IMG/VR virus record: IMGVR_UViG_3300027763_002499
Span: 1-64,000 of that record
Source: a virus
Strand: one strand, 5' to 3'
DNA length: 64,000 nt
A model generated the notes under the pieces. The model saw only the letters and a program-made list of their open reading frames with translations. It was not told where the DNA came from and ran no database searches. Below, one piece after another: positions 54,835-64,000 of this stretch (within the stretch, counting starts at the first letter, position 1; every line of letters begins with the position of its first letter). The position numbers were made by a program, and so were the translations under genes.

Positions 54835-56904
54835 TTAAATACCCTTCCACTTACTAACTGGAATGTCGCCGCCACAGTGGCAACGCAAACTATTACAGAT
54901 AACCGGGCGAGAAAAACTGTCCCAATTAATTTTATCAAATTCTTTTACAGAGCCAACAACACCGCCTACATCACAATTTCCACGTTTGATATGTCCATTT
55001 TGATGAATGAATAAACTTTCAGCACCAATGTTGCACAAGTAATCATAGAAGTTTGTCTGTCCTTTGTTGATTAGACCCTGAGGACTTGTTATGTTTTCAG
55101 TGGTGTTATCTTCAAAGGTTGCTTGGACAGGAGTTGCATGGAAATCTCTATATATTGGATTGGTTATTCTAATCAAATCAGCAGATGATCGACTTGGTGT
55201 TTCTTTAAATGTTTTAAAAAATTCAAGTTGTTCTTCGCTGTAATTAATTTTAGCCAACTTGGTCCTGCTTGCACCATACTGGTCGTCGATATAAACAATT
55301 TCAATTTTAGCAGTAGTTTTCTTTTTAAGTTTTTCAATGAACTCTATAGATTTATCCCAATGCAACGGATCCATCATAATACGAGCCGCAACTTGAGTTT
55401 CTAAACTGGCAATTTTAATTTTTTCCAACCATTCATCTGCTGTACCATTGGGAAACTCTTGTGCTGGATGAAAGCTACATGCCGCATAAGTCAGATATTT
55501 AAAATTATCTTTAATAAATCTTGGAGTACGCACAAGATTTGTAGTCATACCACCGGTACCACCAAGAGTGTGAATACGCTCAATCATCTCCGGGAAGAAA
55601 GGACTTAGCGTAGGTTCTCCACCGCTCAATGAAAATGTCAAATGCCGGTTCTTGCCATATTGTTCAAATAACCTGTCAAGGAAAGGAGAAACAACATCCC
55701 AGTTAAACAAATGGTTTTTTCCATCGTGTAATACTGGTGGGCAATACCTACAAGCATAATTACAAATGTCATTTAAGATCCAGGTAATGATTGCTTTGTC
55801 TTCATTCTTAATTTCAATGATCTTTTTAGCCTGGACTGGGATTGGAAACTTCCACTGCGGAATACGTGCTCTTGGAGTTTTAAATGCTGAATGCATTTGT
55901 ATGTTGTCAACAATCTGTACATCTTGGATGCTTTTAAATCTACTTAGGTCTTTCTTCAAGCCATGTGATGCAGAATATAATGTATCTCGTTGTTCACCTA
56001 GCATGTGCCCAATGCCCATATACCCATGGCGATTGTCTGGATGAGACCATTTGTGTCCTTGTATGCCATCAATGTTTAATGCTTTGAATTTTTTATATTC
56101 ATTTGTAAGTGTATATGGATCATAATCGTCATATACAAGATACGCGGCCATTTCATTAGACCATGTTTCCTGACGATAAAAGGCATTTTCGTCAACAGCT
56201 CGTTGGTCATTATCAGCAATAATGTGACTCATGTTTTTACCAAGAGTATTATAGCCTAGTACCAAGTCGCCAAATCTAAGCCTGTGTAAAAAGCTGGCTG
56301 CATCCTCTTCGGTAATTTCAAAATCAATCCTTGGATTGAAACTGATCAAAATATTGGCAGCAGAATAACTAGGTTCCTTTTTGCCTGATCCTCTTTTTTT
56401 AATAAACATTTCAGCAGTGTGAATAGCATCGTTCAACTGAATGAATGTACTGTGAAAATCCTCATTGAAGGTAATACCTGGCCAACACTTGGCTTCTGGG
56501 CTGTCTGCTGAAATGCGTTTATAAGCATCATCCCACCATTTTTGTGATAGCTTTTCGCTTAGACGTTCACCATAAATCTCATATTCCTCGTGGAGGTAAT
56601 TTAGTGCATCTTGATCGTGTTCTCGAAACATTGTCAATGGGCGGTCATAAAAAAGATTAATTTTTCTAACAATATTACTCAAACGCTCATCAAGATCCAA
56701 TCCTTGATAGGCCGCACTCCTTGTAAACTTAATGCGCTTTTCTCGAAAACTTTTCTCTCCGTAACGCATGTCTTCCATGAGCTTGACCCATTTCTTGGCA
56801 AGATTGGTATTGTACAGCTTATAGTATATGTCAAAAGGTTCCCACGTTGTTGTATCAACAAGCGTGAGCCGTACGTTTTTGTCGTTTAGATATTTTCCGC
56901 TCAT
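54835..56904 (-). CDS. radical SAM protein with N-terminal uncharacterised domain
   Basis: CNYACRYC, SGGEPT, C-terminal Cys cluster (CNIG...GNC...CNSLRCHC). Confidence 0.85.
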   Translation of the reverse strand: MSGKYLNDKNVRLTLVDTTTWEPFDIYYKLYNTNLAKKWVKLMEDMRYGEKSFREKRIKFTRSAAYQGLDLDERLSNIVRKINLFYDRPLTMFREHDQDALNYLHEEYEIYGERLSEKLSQKWWDDAYKRISADSPEAKCWPGITFNEDFHSTFIQLNDAIHTAEMFIKKRGSGKKEPSYSAANILISFNPRIDFEITEEDAASFLHRLRFGDLVLGYNTLGKNMSHIIADNDQRAVDENAFYRQETWSNEMAAYLVYDDYDPYTLTNEYKKFKALNIDGIQGHKWSHPDNRHGYMGIGHMLGEQRDTLYSASHGLKKDLSRFKSIQDVQIVDNIQMHSAFKTPRARIPQWKFPIPVQAKKIIEIKNEDKAIITWILNDICNYACRYCPPVLHDGKNHLFNWDVVSPFLDRLFEQYGKNRHLTFSLSGGEPTLSPFFPEMIERIHTLGGTGGMTTNLVRTPRFIKDNFKYLTYAACSFHPAQEFPNGTADEWLEKIKIASLETQVAARIMMDPLHWDKSIEFIEKLKKKTTAKIEIVYIDDQYGASRTKLAKINYSEEQLEFFKTFKETPSRSSADLIRITNPIYRDFHATPVQATFEDNTTENITSPQGLINKGQTNFYDYLCNIGAESLFIHQNGHIKRGNCDVGGVVGSVKEFDKINWDSFSRPVICNSLRCHCGGDIPVSKWKGI

Positions 56905-56924
56905 AAAGTCCTCAAATAATGTTT

Positions 56925-58157
56925 TTATATATCAAGTAATCTGGCATGCGTTGTGCCATGTAATTCATCTAGCCCGTTTACATAATCCAACATTTGTGGA
57001 TATAAATGGCTCCAATCTTCGCTATTCATAAATGATATTAGGCCTGTAAATCTAGAAACAAGTTTGTTATCAGGATGTTTATCTATATATTCTTGTAACT
57101 TCTTGGTAATTTTTTCTTTTTTGTCTGCAGGCAATGATTTAGAACACAGGTATGGTGGCCAGTGCAAAATGCCCAAGAAGAAAATGCCACCTTTATTGTC
57201 ACGTTTAATCTTTTCCAAATCTAAACTCATCATCCAATCTGCAAACTCTGGCAACCAGTTAATGTTTAAGGCCTGCACTGTACACAGTACCTTGACATGA
57301 ATGTTTTCTGGCAATTCACAGTAGGCCTTAAAGTTCTTTTCAATGGTTGCCCAATCGGCCGGATGACGAATATATGAGTTAACCCAATCGTATCCATCAA
57401 TACTGAGCATGAGTTCTACTTTTTCAAAGTGTTCCCACAGCTCGACAATTTCAGGACTATAAATTGTACAGTTGGTGTGATATCGCAATTCAATGTTCTT
57501 AGACAGTCCACTTTCAACCAAGCGTTTGATTAGTGTTTTGTGTTCTTTAATATAAAGAGGCTCGCCACCGCCAAATATAATATGTTTGATGTCTTTGGCA
57601 TGTGTAAAGAAATCATCCCAGAATTCTTCATTTTTATACCATTCAAACTTTTCACTGGCAAATGTTTCAATCTTATGCTTCCAATCATATCGAGCATCAG
57701 TTTGTAAACTATTGCTGAGTGTTTCTGCATCCTTGATCCACTTGCTGGAATCTTTGGGCCCACACATGACACATTGTAAATTGCAAGTATTACCTAGTCG
57801 TAGGTCCAAGGTTATAATGTCATGATTAACTGTGCCATTTTTGTTGGTGCCAGCAACTAAATTGTCAAGATATGTTGTGTCTAACTGTTGATACCAATAA
57901 TGGTTTTCATTTTGTCTATGACTTTTAATACCATTTGCTTCTTCTTTGTAGCAGGCTTCGCAAGCAGGAAACTTACGACCGCCAAGCATGGCCAGTCTGG
58001 CTTCTGTAAAATGATTACTGTTCCATATCTTGGTCCAATTGCTTGTATTTAAATTTAGACCACTGGTCTTGGCCACACAGCATAACAATGCTGAACCGTC
58101 GTTATAAGTTGCCGCATGTATCCATGGGAGAATACAAAATGTATCAGATTTTACCAT
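56925..58157 (-). CDS. radical SAM protein with N-terminal twitch/SPASM-like Cys motif
   Basis: FCILPW..CC..CEACY; CNLQCVMC; GGGEP; SIDG. Confidence 0.88.
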   Translation of the reverse strand: MVKSDTFCILPWIHAATYNDGSALLCCVAKTSGLNLNTSNWTKIWNSNHFTEARLAMLGGRKFPACEACYKEEANGIKSHRQNENHYWYQQLDTTYLDNLVAGTNKNGTVNHDIITLDLRLGNTCNLQCVMCGPKDSSKWIKDAETLSNSLQTDARYDWKHKIETFASEKFEWYKNEEFWDDFFTHAKDIKHIIFGGGEPLYIKEHKTLIKRLVESGLSKNIELRYHTNCTIYSPEIVELWEHFEKVELMLSIDGYDWVNSYIRHPADWATIEKNFKAYCELPENIHVKVLCTVQALNINWLPEFADWMMSLDLEKIKRDNKGGIFFLGILHWPPYLCSKSLPADKKEKITKKLQEYIDKHPDNKLVSRFTGLISFMNSEDWSHLYPQMLDYVNGLDELHGTTHARLLDI

Positions 58158-59448
58158 TAATGAAATCCACTATTCTCGAGTCAAGAACTGTATAGTCCTG
58201 TTTCCTTGCACTATCCAGGCTCTTGGTGTAAACTTGTAATCGTGCAAGTTGTTCTTGCCAATCTTCTGCTCTTGTTTGCTGTAGTAATCCTATTATACCA
58301 TTAACGCTGTTCTTTGTCAAGTCATGAACATTCCATGGCATCTTTTTATCTCTATAATCTGTTAACATTTTTAGAGCAGTGGCTCGCAGACTATCTGGTA
58401 GTATGTTCACATTCAAATGATGTGGATGTATGTTGATTAATAAATCAACAAATATCTTCTTACTGTATTTCTTGTTAAGTTCGTCAACCCAGGTCAGTGT
58501 CTCGACTAAATTAAATACATTGTAAACTTGTACCGTTGGAGTAACGCCTAGCTTAATGTTAGGTAATGCGGCTAGTTTTTCAACATTGACTTTGAGCTGG
58601 CTCCATTTGCTAGGAGGACGAATGTATTCGTTGACAGCACCAATGCCATCAAGACTTGCGTTAATGTTAATTTCATCAAATTGGCTAATCAAGTCTGTAA
58701 ACTTTTGATTTACGTTTGTACAGTTGGTATTAAAGAATAACAGTATATCCTTTCTGCCTTGATCAATACACTCCTGCATAAACTTAAAGTTATGCTCAAT
58801 CAATGTAGGCTCTCCGCCTGTCATGTAAACTTTTTTAAGATCTGGAATTAATTTTATAACCTGGTCCCAAAGCAAATCGCTTTCAAACCATTCCTGGTTC
58901 TTCATTACAGCTTCGGGGAACTTGCCAAATGTCTTGCCCCAAACCTTACTATACTCGCTGTCTGCAATTACAATGTCCTTGTGTTCTTTAGCAATCTGAC
59001 TAGAGTTCCAGGGATTGCACATGCGGCATTTTAAATTGCATAGATTGCCTAATCGCAGGTCTAGATATACAATATCCTTGTTTACTACGCCTCCGTTCAT
59101 CTTGGCAAATCTTACTCGTTGTTGTAGTTCCTCTTCTCCGAGACGCCAAGCCCATTCATTGTTGGCATGCATGCGATTGCTTTCACGACCTGATTCCTCT
59201 TGTAGGTAGCATGTACTGCAACCCTCAACCCGATCACCTTGTATCATAGCAGTACGAATGTCTCGCATGTCTTTGCCATTCCATGCGTGTTCTATAAACT
59301 GGTCCTGGATTGTAAAAAATTTACCATCTTCTTTTTTGAGTTTGTTAGCAGAACCCTTTACCATACAGCAATAACGAACTGTGGTATCGGTATTCACCAT
59401 CATACTAACAAACGGGATGGCACAAAATGTATTTGAAATTGGTTTCAT
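58144..59448 (-). CDS. radical SAM protein, paralog of 56925..58157
   Basis: FCAIPF..YCC..CSTCY; CNLKCRMC; TGGEPT; SLDG. Confidence 0.88.
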   Translation of the reverse strand: MKPISNTFCAIPFVSMMVNTDTTVRYCCMVKGSANKLKKEDGKFFTIQDQFIEHAWNGKDMRDIRTAMIQGDRVEGCSTCYLQEESGRESNRMHANNEWAWRLGEEELQQRVRFAKMNGGVVNKDIVYLDLRLGNLCNLKCRMCNPWNSSQIAKEHKDIVIADSEYSKVWGKTFGKFPEAVMKNQEWFESDLLWDQVIKLIPDLKKVYMTGGEPTLIEHNFKFMQECIDQGRKDILLFFNTNCTNVNQKFTDLISQFDEININASLDGIGAVNEYIRPPSKWSQLKVNVEKLAALPNIKLGVTPTVQVYNVFNLVETLTWVDELNKKYSKKIFVDLLINIHPHHLNVNILPDSLRATALKMLTDYRDKKMPWNVHDLTKNSVNGIIGLLQQTRAEDWQEQLARLQVYTKSLDSARKQDYTVLDSRIVDFINGKI

Positions 59449-59489
59449 TAAACTAAGATTTAACTTTAATAGCTTTACTTAGTGGTTTT

Positions 59490-59513
59490 AGACTGGGCAG
59501 ATCTGCCCAGTCT
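59490..59513. terminator. 24-bp perfect palindrome, probable terminator hairpin
   Basis: AGACTGGGCAGATCTGCCCAGTCT is self-complementary. Confidence 0.55.
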
Positions 59514-59514
59514 T

Positions 59515-61011
59515 TCAAGATGTGCGAGATTCTTCTTGAGTAACTTGGTCTCGCCAAGTGTAATTTAGTACCTTGCTTGCAATTGTGTTGTTATTAAAAT
59601 CAACCAATTCCATCTTGTAAACATCATCATAGTTAAACAGATCGAGCATGATACTTTCGGTACTATCGCTGGAATCCCAATCGCTTCTTATTATTTGAGC
59701 CACTGGGATTTTACCAATGCTGGTAAACTTACTTTCTGGATCAACATTTCTTTCTCGTAACCAAGGAAACATTTTGTTGTTTAAATTATTAATAACTTGC
59801 GTTTGTAAATCACGGCTATGTTCTTTTAAGAACATTACATTACATTCACCGCTAAGGTAACGTAAACCACTTATATTCTCATCGTGGATCTCGCCATCTT
59901 TGTCGTGATAGGCTTCAATTGGTGTTTTTCCAAGTTGGCAATAGTGTAAAAATACATCACCAAAAAATTCATATTGTGTAAAATTGTCAAAGTCGCTTTC
60001 AACGAATTTGTAACGCCTGACTGGCATTGCAGGGAAAAAAACATAAGAACTCCAGAATCCTTGTCCAATTTTGTTTTGTCTGCAACCTTCTATTTCATGA
60101 CATAGGTTATTGAGTTGTCTAATTGCAAACATCACGGGCAATGTTGCATTGGCAAAATACTTGGCTGGATTCCATACTTGCCCTATCAATAGCTCAAAGT
60201 GATGATGAATCTCATTAAGAATCTGTTGATCCAGTGTTACAGGATCAAAGAATTGTGTAATGTTATATAACGGGCGTTTTTCTTCATCACTACCGTCAAA
60301 GTATTCATTGATTGTGTTTACATACTTGTTTAATTCACTGCACAATGCTGGTATATTTCTTGCAACAGGACTGTTATCTGGGTACTGCCAATTTTGCAAC
60401 ATAAAATTCTTTTCAAATGTAGCATTGTCATCTGCCAAATAGTCATTGTGACAGCATCTTGCCCATTTTTGTGCAATAAAAGATGTATTAATTCTAAACC
60501 TTACTTTTTTTGTTTGGTTGTTGGCAACTGACCTGAAAGTCAATTGAAATTCATTGTAATTGGTATTCTTATATGCATTGCCGATTTTTTCTACGGTAGA
60601 ACCATCTGTGGTAATTTCTGAACTAAACAATCTGGCCTGGCGCACCTGTTCAACATGGTCATAGTCTGCCAACCAAAGAAAGTTGTTTACATGGCATTGA
60701 GATTCTAGGTCATCAAAAAATTCCCGGCTGTCAGCAATAAAGAAAGACTTGTATATACTGTTACAATATGCCCAAAATTCGTCAAATTTCTCCCTGCTGT
60801 TGAAATAATGAATTAGGTTATCAACTTTGCCGTTGGGACTTGCCAACGCTTCTTTAATAAAGTTGATTTCACTTTCAGCATCGCATAAAAAAATTAAACG
60901 AGTATTTGAGGCCTTTTGCAAGGTTGCAAAAGCCAACAGTCCGGGTAAAGATATACCATAGACATAATAGTTTTCAACATAGGTTTCGGGATTTGTAAAT
61001 TGTGTCAGCAT
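59515..61011 (-). CDS. hypothetical protein; C-terminal domain homologous to the N-terminus of 54835..56904
   Basis: LNEIHHHFE, QLNNLCHEIE, FGDVFLHYCQLGK. Confidence 0.75.
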   Translation of the reverse strand: MLTQFTNPETYVENYYVYGISLPGLLAFATLQKASNTRLIFLCDAESEINFIKEALASPNGKVDNLIHYFNSREKFDEFWAYCNSIYKSFFIADSREFFDDLESQCHVNNFLWLADYDHVEQVRQARLFSSEITTDGSTVEKIGNAYKNTNYNEFQLTFRSVANNQTKKVRFRINTSFIAQKWARCCHNDYLADDNATFEKNFMLQNWQYPDNSPVARNIPALCSELNKYVNTINEYFDGSDEEKRPLYNITQFFDPVTLDQQILNEIHHHFELLIGQVWNPAKYFANATLPVMFAIRQLNNLCHEIEGCRQNKIGQGFWSSYVFFPAMPVRRYKFVESDFDNFTQYEFFGDVFLHYCQLGKTPIEAYHDKDGEIHDENISGLRYLSGECNVMFLKEHSRDLQTQVINNLNNKMFPWLRERNVDPESKFTSIGKIPVAQIIRSDWDSSDSTESIMLDLFNYDDVYKMELVDFNNNTIASKVLNYTWRDQVTQEESRTS

Positions 61012-61014
61012 AGA

Positions 61015-61116
61015 TTAATAGATAAATGGGTCACGCTTTTTCAGCTCTTTGAGTCGTTTTCTGTAGCGAATTTCGCCTTTGATTTTTTCAATAATATTTT
61101 TAATAAAATTCCACAT
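61015..61116 (-). CDS. small peptide ending in DPFIY (33 aa, not in ORF track)
   Basis: MWNFIKNIIEKIKGEIRYRKRLKELKKRDPFIY*; AGGA RBS; fills the intergenic gap exactly. Confidence 0.65.
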   Translation of the reverse strand: MWNFIKNIIEKIKGEIRYRKRLKELKKRDPFIY

Positions 61117-61127
61117 TGTGTTTCTTC

Positions 61128-62018
61128 CTATAGTGAATATTTGGAGACAAAGTAATTATACACATTGTCGGCTGCTATATCGTGTATATATTCCATGACA
61201 TGGCCGCCGATCCTGGCCACTGCCTTGTTTGCATCTTGTTTTTTTGCAATATCTTCTAAGTCTATTAGGTAGCCAATATCTAATTCTTTGTAAAGCTGTT
61301 GTATTGCCCAATTTATTGATGATGGCGGTTCTCTAGATCCTGCCAATTCAACTAACCAATCTGGGGCCATTTCGGTGACTGATCTTACAAAATACAGTTC
61401 AATCCCTTTGCTTTGGCAAAATGTTTTTAGCAATAAATTAGAAAGCAACCACTTGTGTAACCGCACATCTTCATGTTCGTGCATTATCGCAGTTTTGCGT
61501 ATAGCATCAATTTGTGTACCAGTGCGAGCAGGTTCATTGCTTAACAAAATAGAAGACCAATAATTAACTGTTTCGTTAAAGTATTGAATCCTATTGACAC
61601 TGGTAGTTCCAATTAAGAAAATTACTCGTTTGCCTTGTGTTCGCCCGTGTTTTGTTTCGTTTAAGTATTGGTCAATAATTTCTCTGTTGATCCATTCTTG
61701 GCTTGCACCACCGCATGCATAATTATGTACAGTACATTTCACACCAGGGTGGTTAGAAAGTCTCATTGCAATTTTAGCAGGATAGGCCCTGTTACGGTTT
61801 TCGTTCATTAGACTATCTTGTTGTTCCCGGGTAAGTTTGGTATTATTTTTACGTTGAAACCACGCCTTTACCATATTCTGTCTATTTACTTTGTTGTCAA
61901 TTCCTCGCCACTCATTGAACGTTATATCTTCATGACCAACATTGGTGTAAAATAAATCATCAGACAGCTCTTCGCCAGCTGTAAAGCTATCACCACATGC
62001 AAAAATTACTATTTCCAT
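61128..62018 (-). CDS. SGNH/GDSL-like protein
   Basis: CGDSFTAG, NYACGGAS, GGH. Confidence 0.65.
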   Translation of the reverse strand: MEIVIFACGDSFTAGEELSDDLFYTNVGHEDITFNEWRGIDNKVNRQNMVKAWFQRKNNTKLTREQQDSLMNENRNRAYPAKIAMRLSNHPGVKCTVHNYACGGASQEWINREIIDQYLNETKHGRTQGKRVIFLIGTTSVNRIQYFNETVNYWSSILLSNEPARTGTQIDAIRKTAIMHEHEDVRLHKWLLSNLLLKTFCQSKGIELYFVRSVTEMAPDWLVELAGSREPPSSINWAIQQLYKELDIGYLIDLEDIAKKQDANKAVARIGGHVMEYIHDIAADNVYNYFVSKYSL

Positions 62019-62032
62019 TTAATTCTCTTGCT

Positions 62033-62920
62033 CTATAATGAATACTTAGCAACAAACTCGTTGAAGATTTTATCAGCAGCCATATCATGTATGTATTCTA
62101 CAAAGTGGCCGCCGGGTTTGACAATATGAGCATTTTCATCTTGTTCTTTGGCAATGTCTTCTAAGTTTATTATATAATTAATGTCTAGTTCATCAAACAG
62201 AGATACAATAGACTGTCCAATAAAAGATTGTTTCTCGCCAATTGCAATAGGGTTGACCAAGTTTTCAGGACCAAATACTGACCTTACAAAATATAAATCA
62301 ATGCCTTTACTCTGACAAAATGTTTTTAGTAGTAGATTACAAAGCAACCACTTGTGTAAACGTGCATCTTCATGTTCGTGCATTATTGCAGTTTTACGTA
62401 TATCATTAATTTGAGGTGTGATGCTATCTGTTATGTGCAACATAATAGAAGACCAATAGTTAACCGACTTACTGGTACTAAAATATTGAATCCTATTAAC
62501 ATAGGTAATGCCAACTAGAAAAATTACTTTTCTGCCCTGTGTTCTTCCGTGTTTTGTTTCATGCAGGTACTTGTCGATAATTTCCCTGTTTATCCATTCT
62601 TGTCCTGCGCCGCCTGCGGCATAATTGTGTAACACACATTGACCATTCAATTTTTCAGATAGTTTTGTATATAATTTAGCAGGATAAGCCCTTCTTAAAT
62701 TCTCTGCTTCTAGATTATATTTCTGCTCTGCGGTTAGTTTGTGATTATTTTTATGCTGGTGAATTGCTTGTATACGTAACGTATTACTTTTTTGACTTTC
62801 AGGATCTATCCATTCTTGATGTGTAAGATTACCAAGTCCCGAATCGGGGTAAAACATATCATCGGCCAACTCATCACCAGCAGTAAAACTATCGCCACAA
62901 GCAAAAACTACCAGTTCCAT
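62033..62920 (-). CDS. SGNH/GDSL-like protein, tandem paralog
   Basis: CGDSFTAG, NYAAGGAG, GGHF; long identical stretches with 61128..62018. Confidence 0.65.
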   Translation of the reverse strand: MELVVFACGDSFTAGDELADDMFYPDSGLGNLTHQEWIDPESQKSNTLRIQAIHQHKNNHKLTAEQKYNLEAENLRRAYPAKLYTKLSEKLNGQCVLHNYAAGGAGQEWINREIIDKYLHETKHGRTQGRKVIFLVGITYVNRIQYFSTSKSVNYWSSIMLHITDSITPQINDIRKTAIMHEHEDARLHKWLLCNLLLKTFCQSKGIDLYFVRSVFGPENLVNPIAIGEKQSFIGQSIVSLFDELDINYIINLEDIAKEQDENAHIVKPGGHFVEYIHDMAADKIFNEFVAKYSL

Positions 62921-62923
62921 GAT

Positions 62924-63661
62924 TTACATTATTGCTTTTAAACTATCTAATACAATTTGATTGAATGGATCGCGGGCACCGCCATGACTGATCATGTGAA
63001 TTCTAGGTGTGTCACTGTTGTTCCAGACTGAGTGCAGGTTTCCAATATCTACCAAGCAGGCATTGCCTTCATTTTTAAAAGGAACATAACCCTTGCCTTC
63101 CATTTTAAAATTACAACCCGCTGGATTGTTCAATGCTACATTAATTGGCAACAAGAAGTGTTCATTTCGATCCTTATGTGGCTGAATGTAACCGTGTGGA
63201 TCTAACCACATGTAACGTAGTCTGTGATATCTGTGATTTGGAAACACATCGAGGAAGTATCTTGTTGTTTCGGGACAACGTTCGGTTATCTCGCCGCACC
63301 AATGATAATTGATATCATCAATGGTTTTACCTTTGTTATCTTCATATGCTTCCCAATGTCCAGTTCTGTCCCAGGCCTCACCATGCAAACAAATACTCTT
63401 CCATCCTTTATTTGCATATTCTGGGTTTTCATTTGGATGTGTTCTGTGCATCTGGAAAAGATCTTCCATGGCAAATGCTTCACGCAACATGTCTGCAAAC
63501 GGTGCACCTGGAAGAATCAGTGGCAAGTAAGGCCACCCACTTTTCATAATGATCCAATCAACCAATTCATGTTCATGCTCAAACTTTGGTAATTCTACTT
63601 TTTTAAAATCCATGGTCCATGGACTATCATTGAAAAATTCTACAATTGCTTTTGGTATCAT
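62924..63661 (-). CDS. Asp/Asn beta-hydroxylase-like 2OG-Fe(II) oxygenase
   Basis: IQPHKD (HxD), HSVWNNSDTPRIH; ATGA overlap at 63661. Confidence 0.75.
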   Translation of the reverse strand: MIPKAIVEFFNDSPWTMDFKKVELPKFEHEHELVDWIIMKSGWPYLPLILPGAPFADMLREAFAMEDLFQMHRTHPNENPEYANKGWKSICLHGEAWDRTGHWEAYEDNKGKTIDDINYHWCGEITERCPETTRYFLDVFPNHRYHRLRYMWLDPHGYIQPHKDRNEHFLLPINVALNNPAGCNFKMEGKGYVPFKNEGNACLVDIGNLHSVWNNSDTPRIHMISHGGARDPFNQIVLDSLKAIM

Positions 63662-64000
63662 TTTATTACATTTCCTAGGTGTGTCCAACCAGATATGCCA
63701 GAGCTTGTTGTTCCACATACTTGTATGCTGGTATTATTTAATCGTAGTTCCTGTGAAAAAGAATCATACACTGACTTTAACCACGCTGGTTTAAAGTGGC
63801 GTAGGCTTGCCTCAGTGTAGAAACTATTACTGAACCAAATTAAATTATTGCCTGGATGTTGACGCATATCAGCAATCAATTCACTGCGATCGTAATACAG
63901 GTTAGTCTTTAAGAATCTATGCTCAAGTGCTCTGTATCTGTTCCATATGTCTAACCAGGCGGATTCTCCGCCAAATACTGCAATGGTTTTTTCCCACTCA
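63658..64000 (-). CDS. hypothetical protein, 3' part (continues beyond window)
   Basis: frame open from the window end (EWEKTIAVFGGESAWLDIWNRY...) to TGA at 63658. Confidence 0.65.
   Translation of the reverse strand, partial: EWEKTIAVFGGESAWLDIWNRYRALEHRFLKTNLYYDRSELIADMRQHPGNNLIWFSNSFYTEASLRHFKPAWLKSVYDSFSQELRLNNTSIQVCGTTSSGISGWTHLGNVIK

Noticed and set aside
61128-62920. Diversity-generating retroelement TR/VR pair
   Set aside because: Similarity spans two whole genes, differences are not adenine-specific and no reverse transcriptase is in the window.
1-64000. CRISPR array, tRNA or rRNA genes
   Set aside because: I saw no regularly spaced 25-45 bp repeats with unique spacers and no T-loop (GTTCGA) cloverleaf pattern. 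This was a by-eye scan only; tRNAscan-SE or a CRISPR finder would be decisive.
1-64000. Stop-codon reassignment
   Set aside because: Long conserved genes (clpA, clpX, radical SAMs) are intact in the standard code and coding density is high; TAA, TGA and TAG all end genes.

Overview
This is a 64 kb segment of a large, AT-rich tailed phage genome of jumbo/'huge phage' type. It uses the standard genetic code and is mostly coded on the minus strand. The host is probably a Gram-negative Proteobacterium, judging from the spanin pair, lipoproteins, ErpA, ClpA/ClpS and a phasin-like gene with a PhaR-like box. Content: (i) early accessory regions of small ORFs behind repeated sigma70-type promoters; (ii) sulfotransferases, SGNH-like proteins and three small paralogs; (iii) UvsE; (iv) a tail-fibre module with collagen-like repeats; (v) host-like proteostasis and translation genes (ClpA, DnaJ, ClpS, ClpX, GroES, Hsp20, IF-1, bS21); (vi) replication and nucleotide genes (clamp loader, DnaE fragment, PhoH, QueD, dCMP deaminase, MTA/SAH nucleosidase, APRT, HAD nucleotidases); (vii) several nucleases; (viii) a terminal radical-SAM/carbamoyltransferase/SGNH/2OG-Fe(II) cluster. 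The most notable unexplained elements are a coiled-coil gene followed directly by a ~215-nt structured RNA with tandem heptamer repeats (8575-9371), a second pseudoknotted RNA (5141-5241), a preQ1-I-like aptamer before queD, a GTTG-N8-CAAC operator-like motif at early promoters, and an uncharacterised His/Glu-rich domain duplicated in the radical SAM cluster. I found no tRNA, rRNA, CRISPR array or reverse transcriptase. All calls come from reading motifs by eye; no database search was run.
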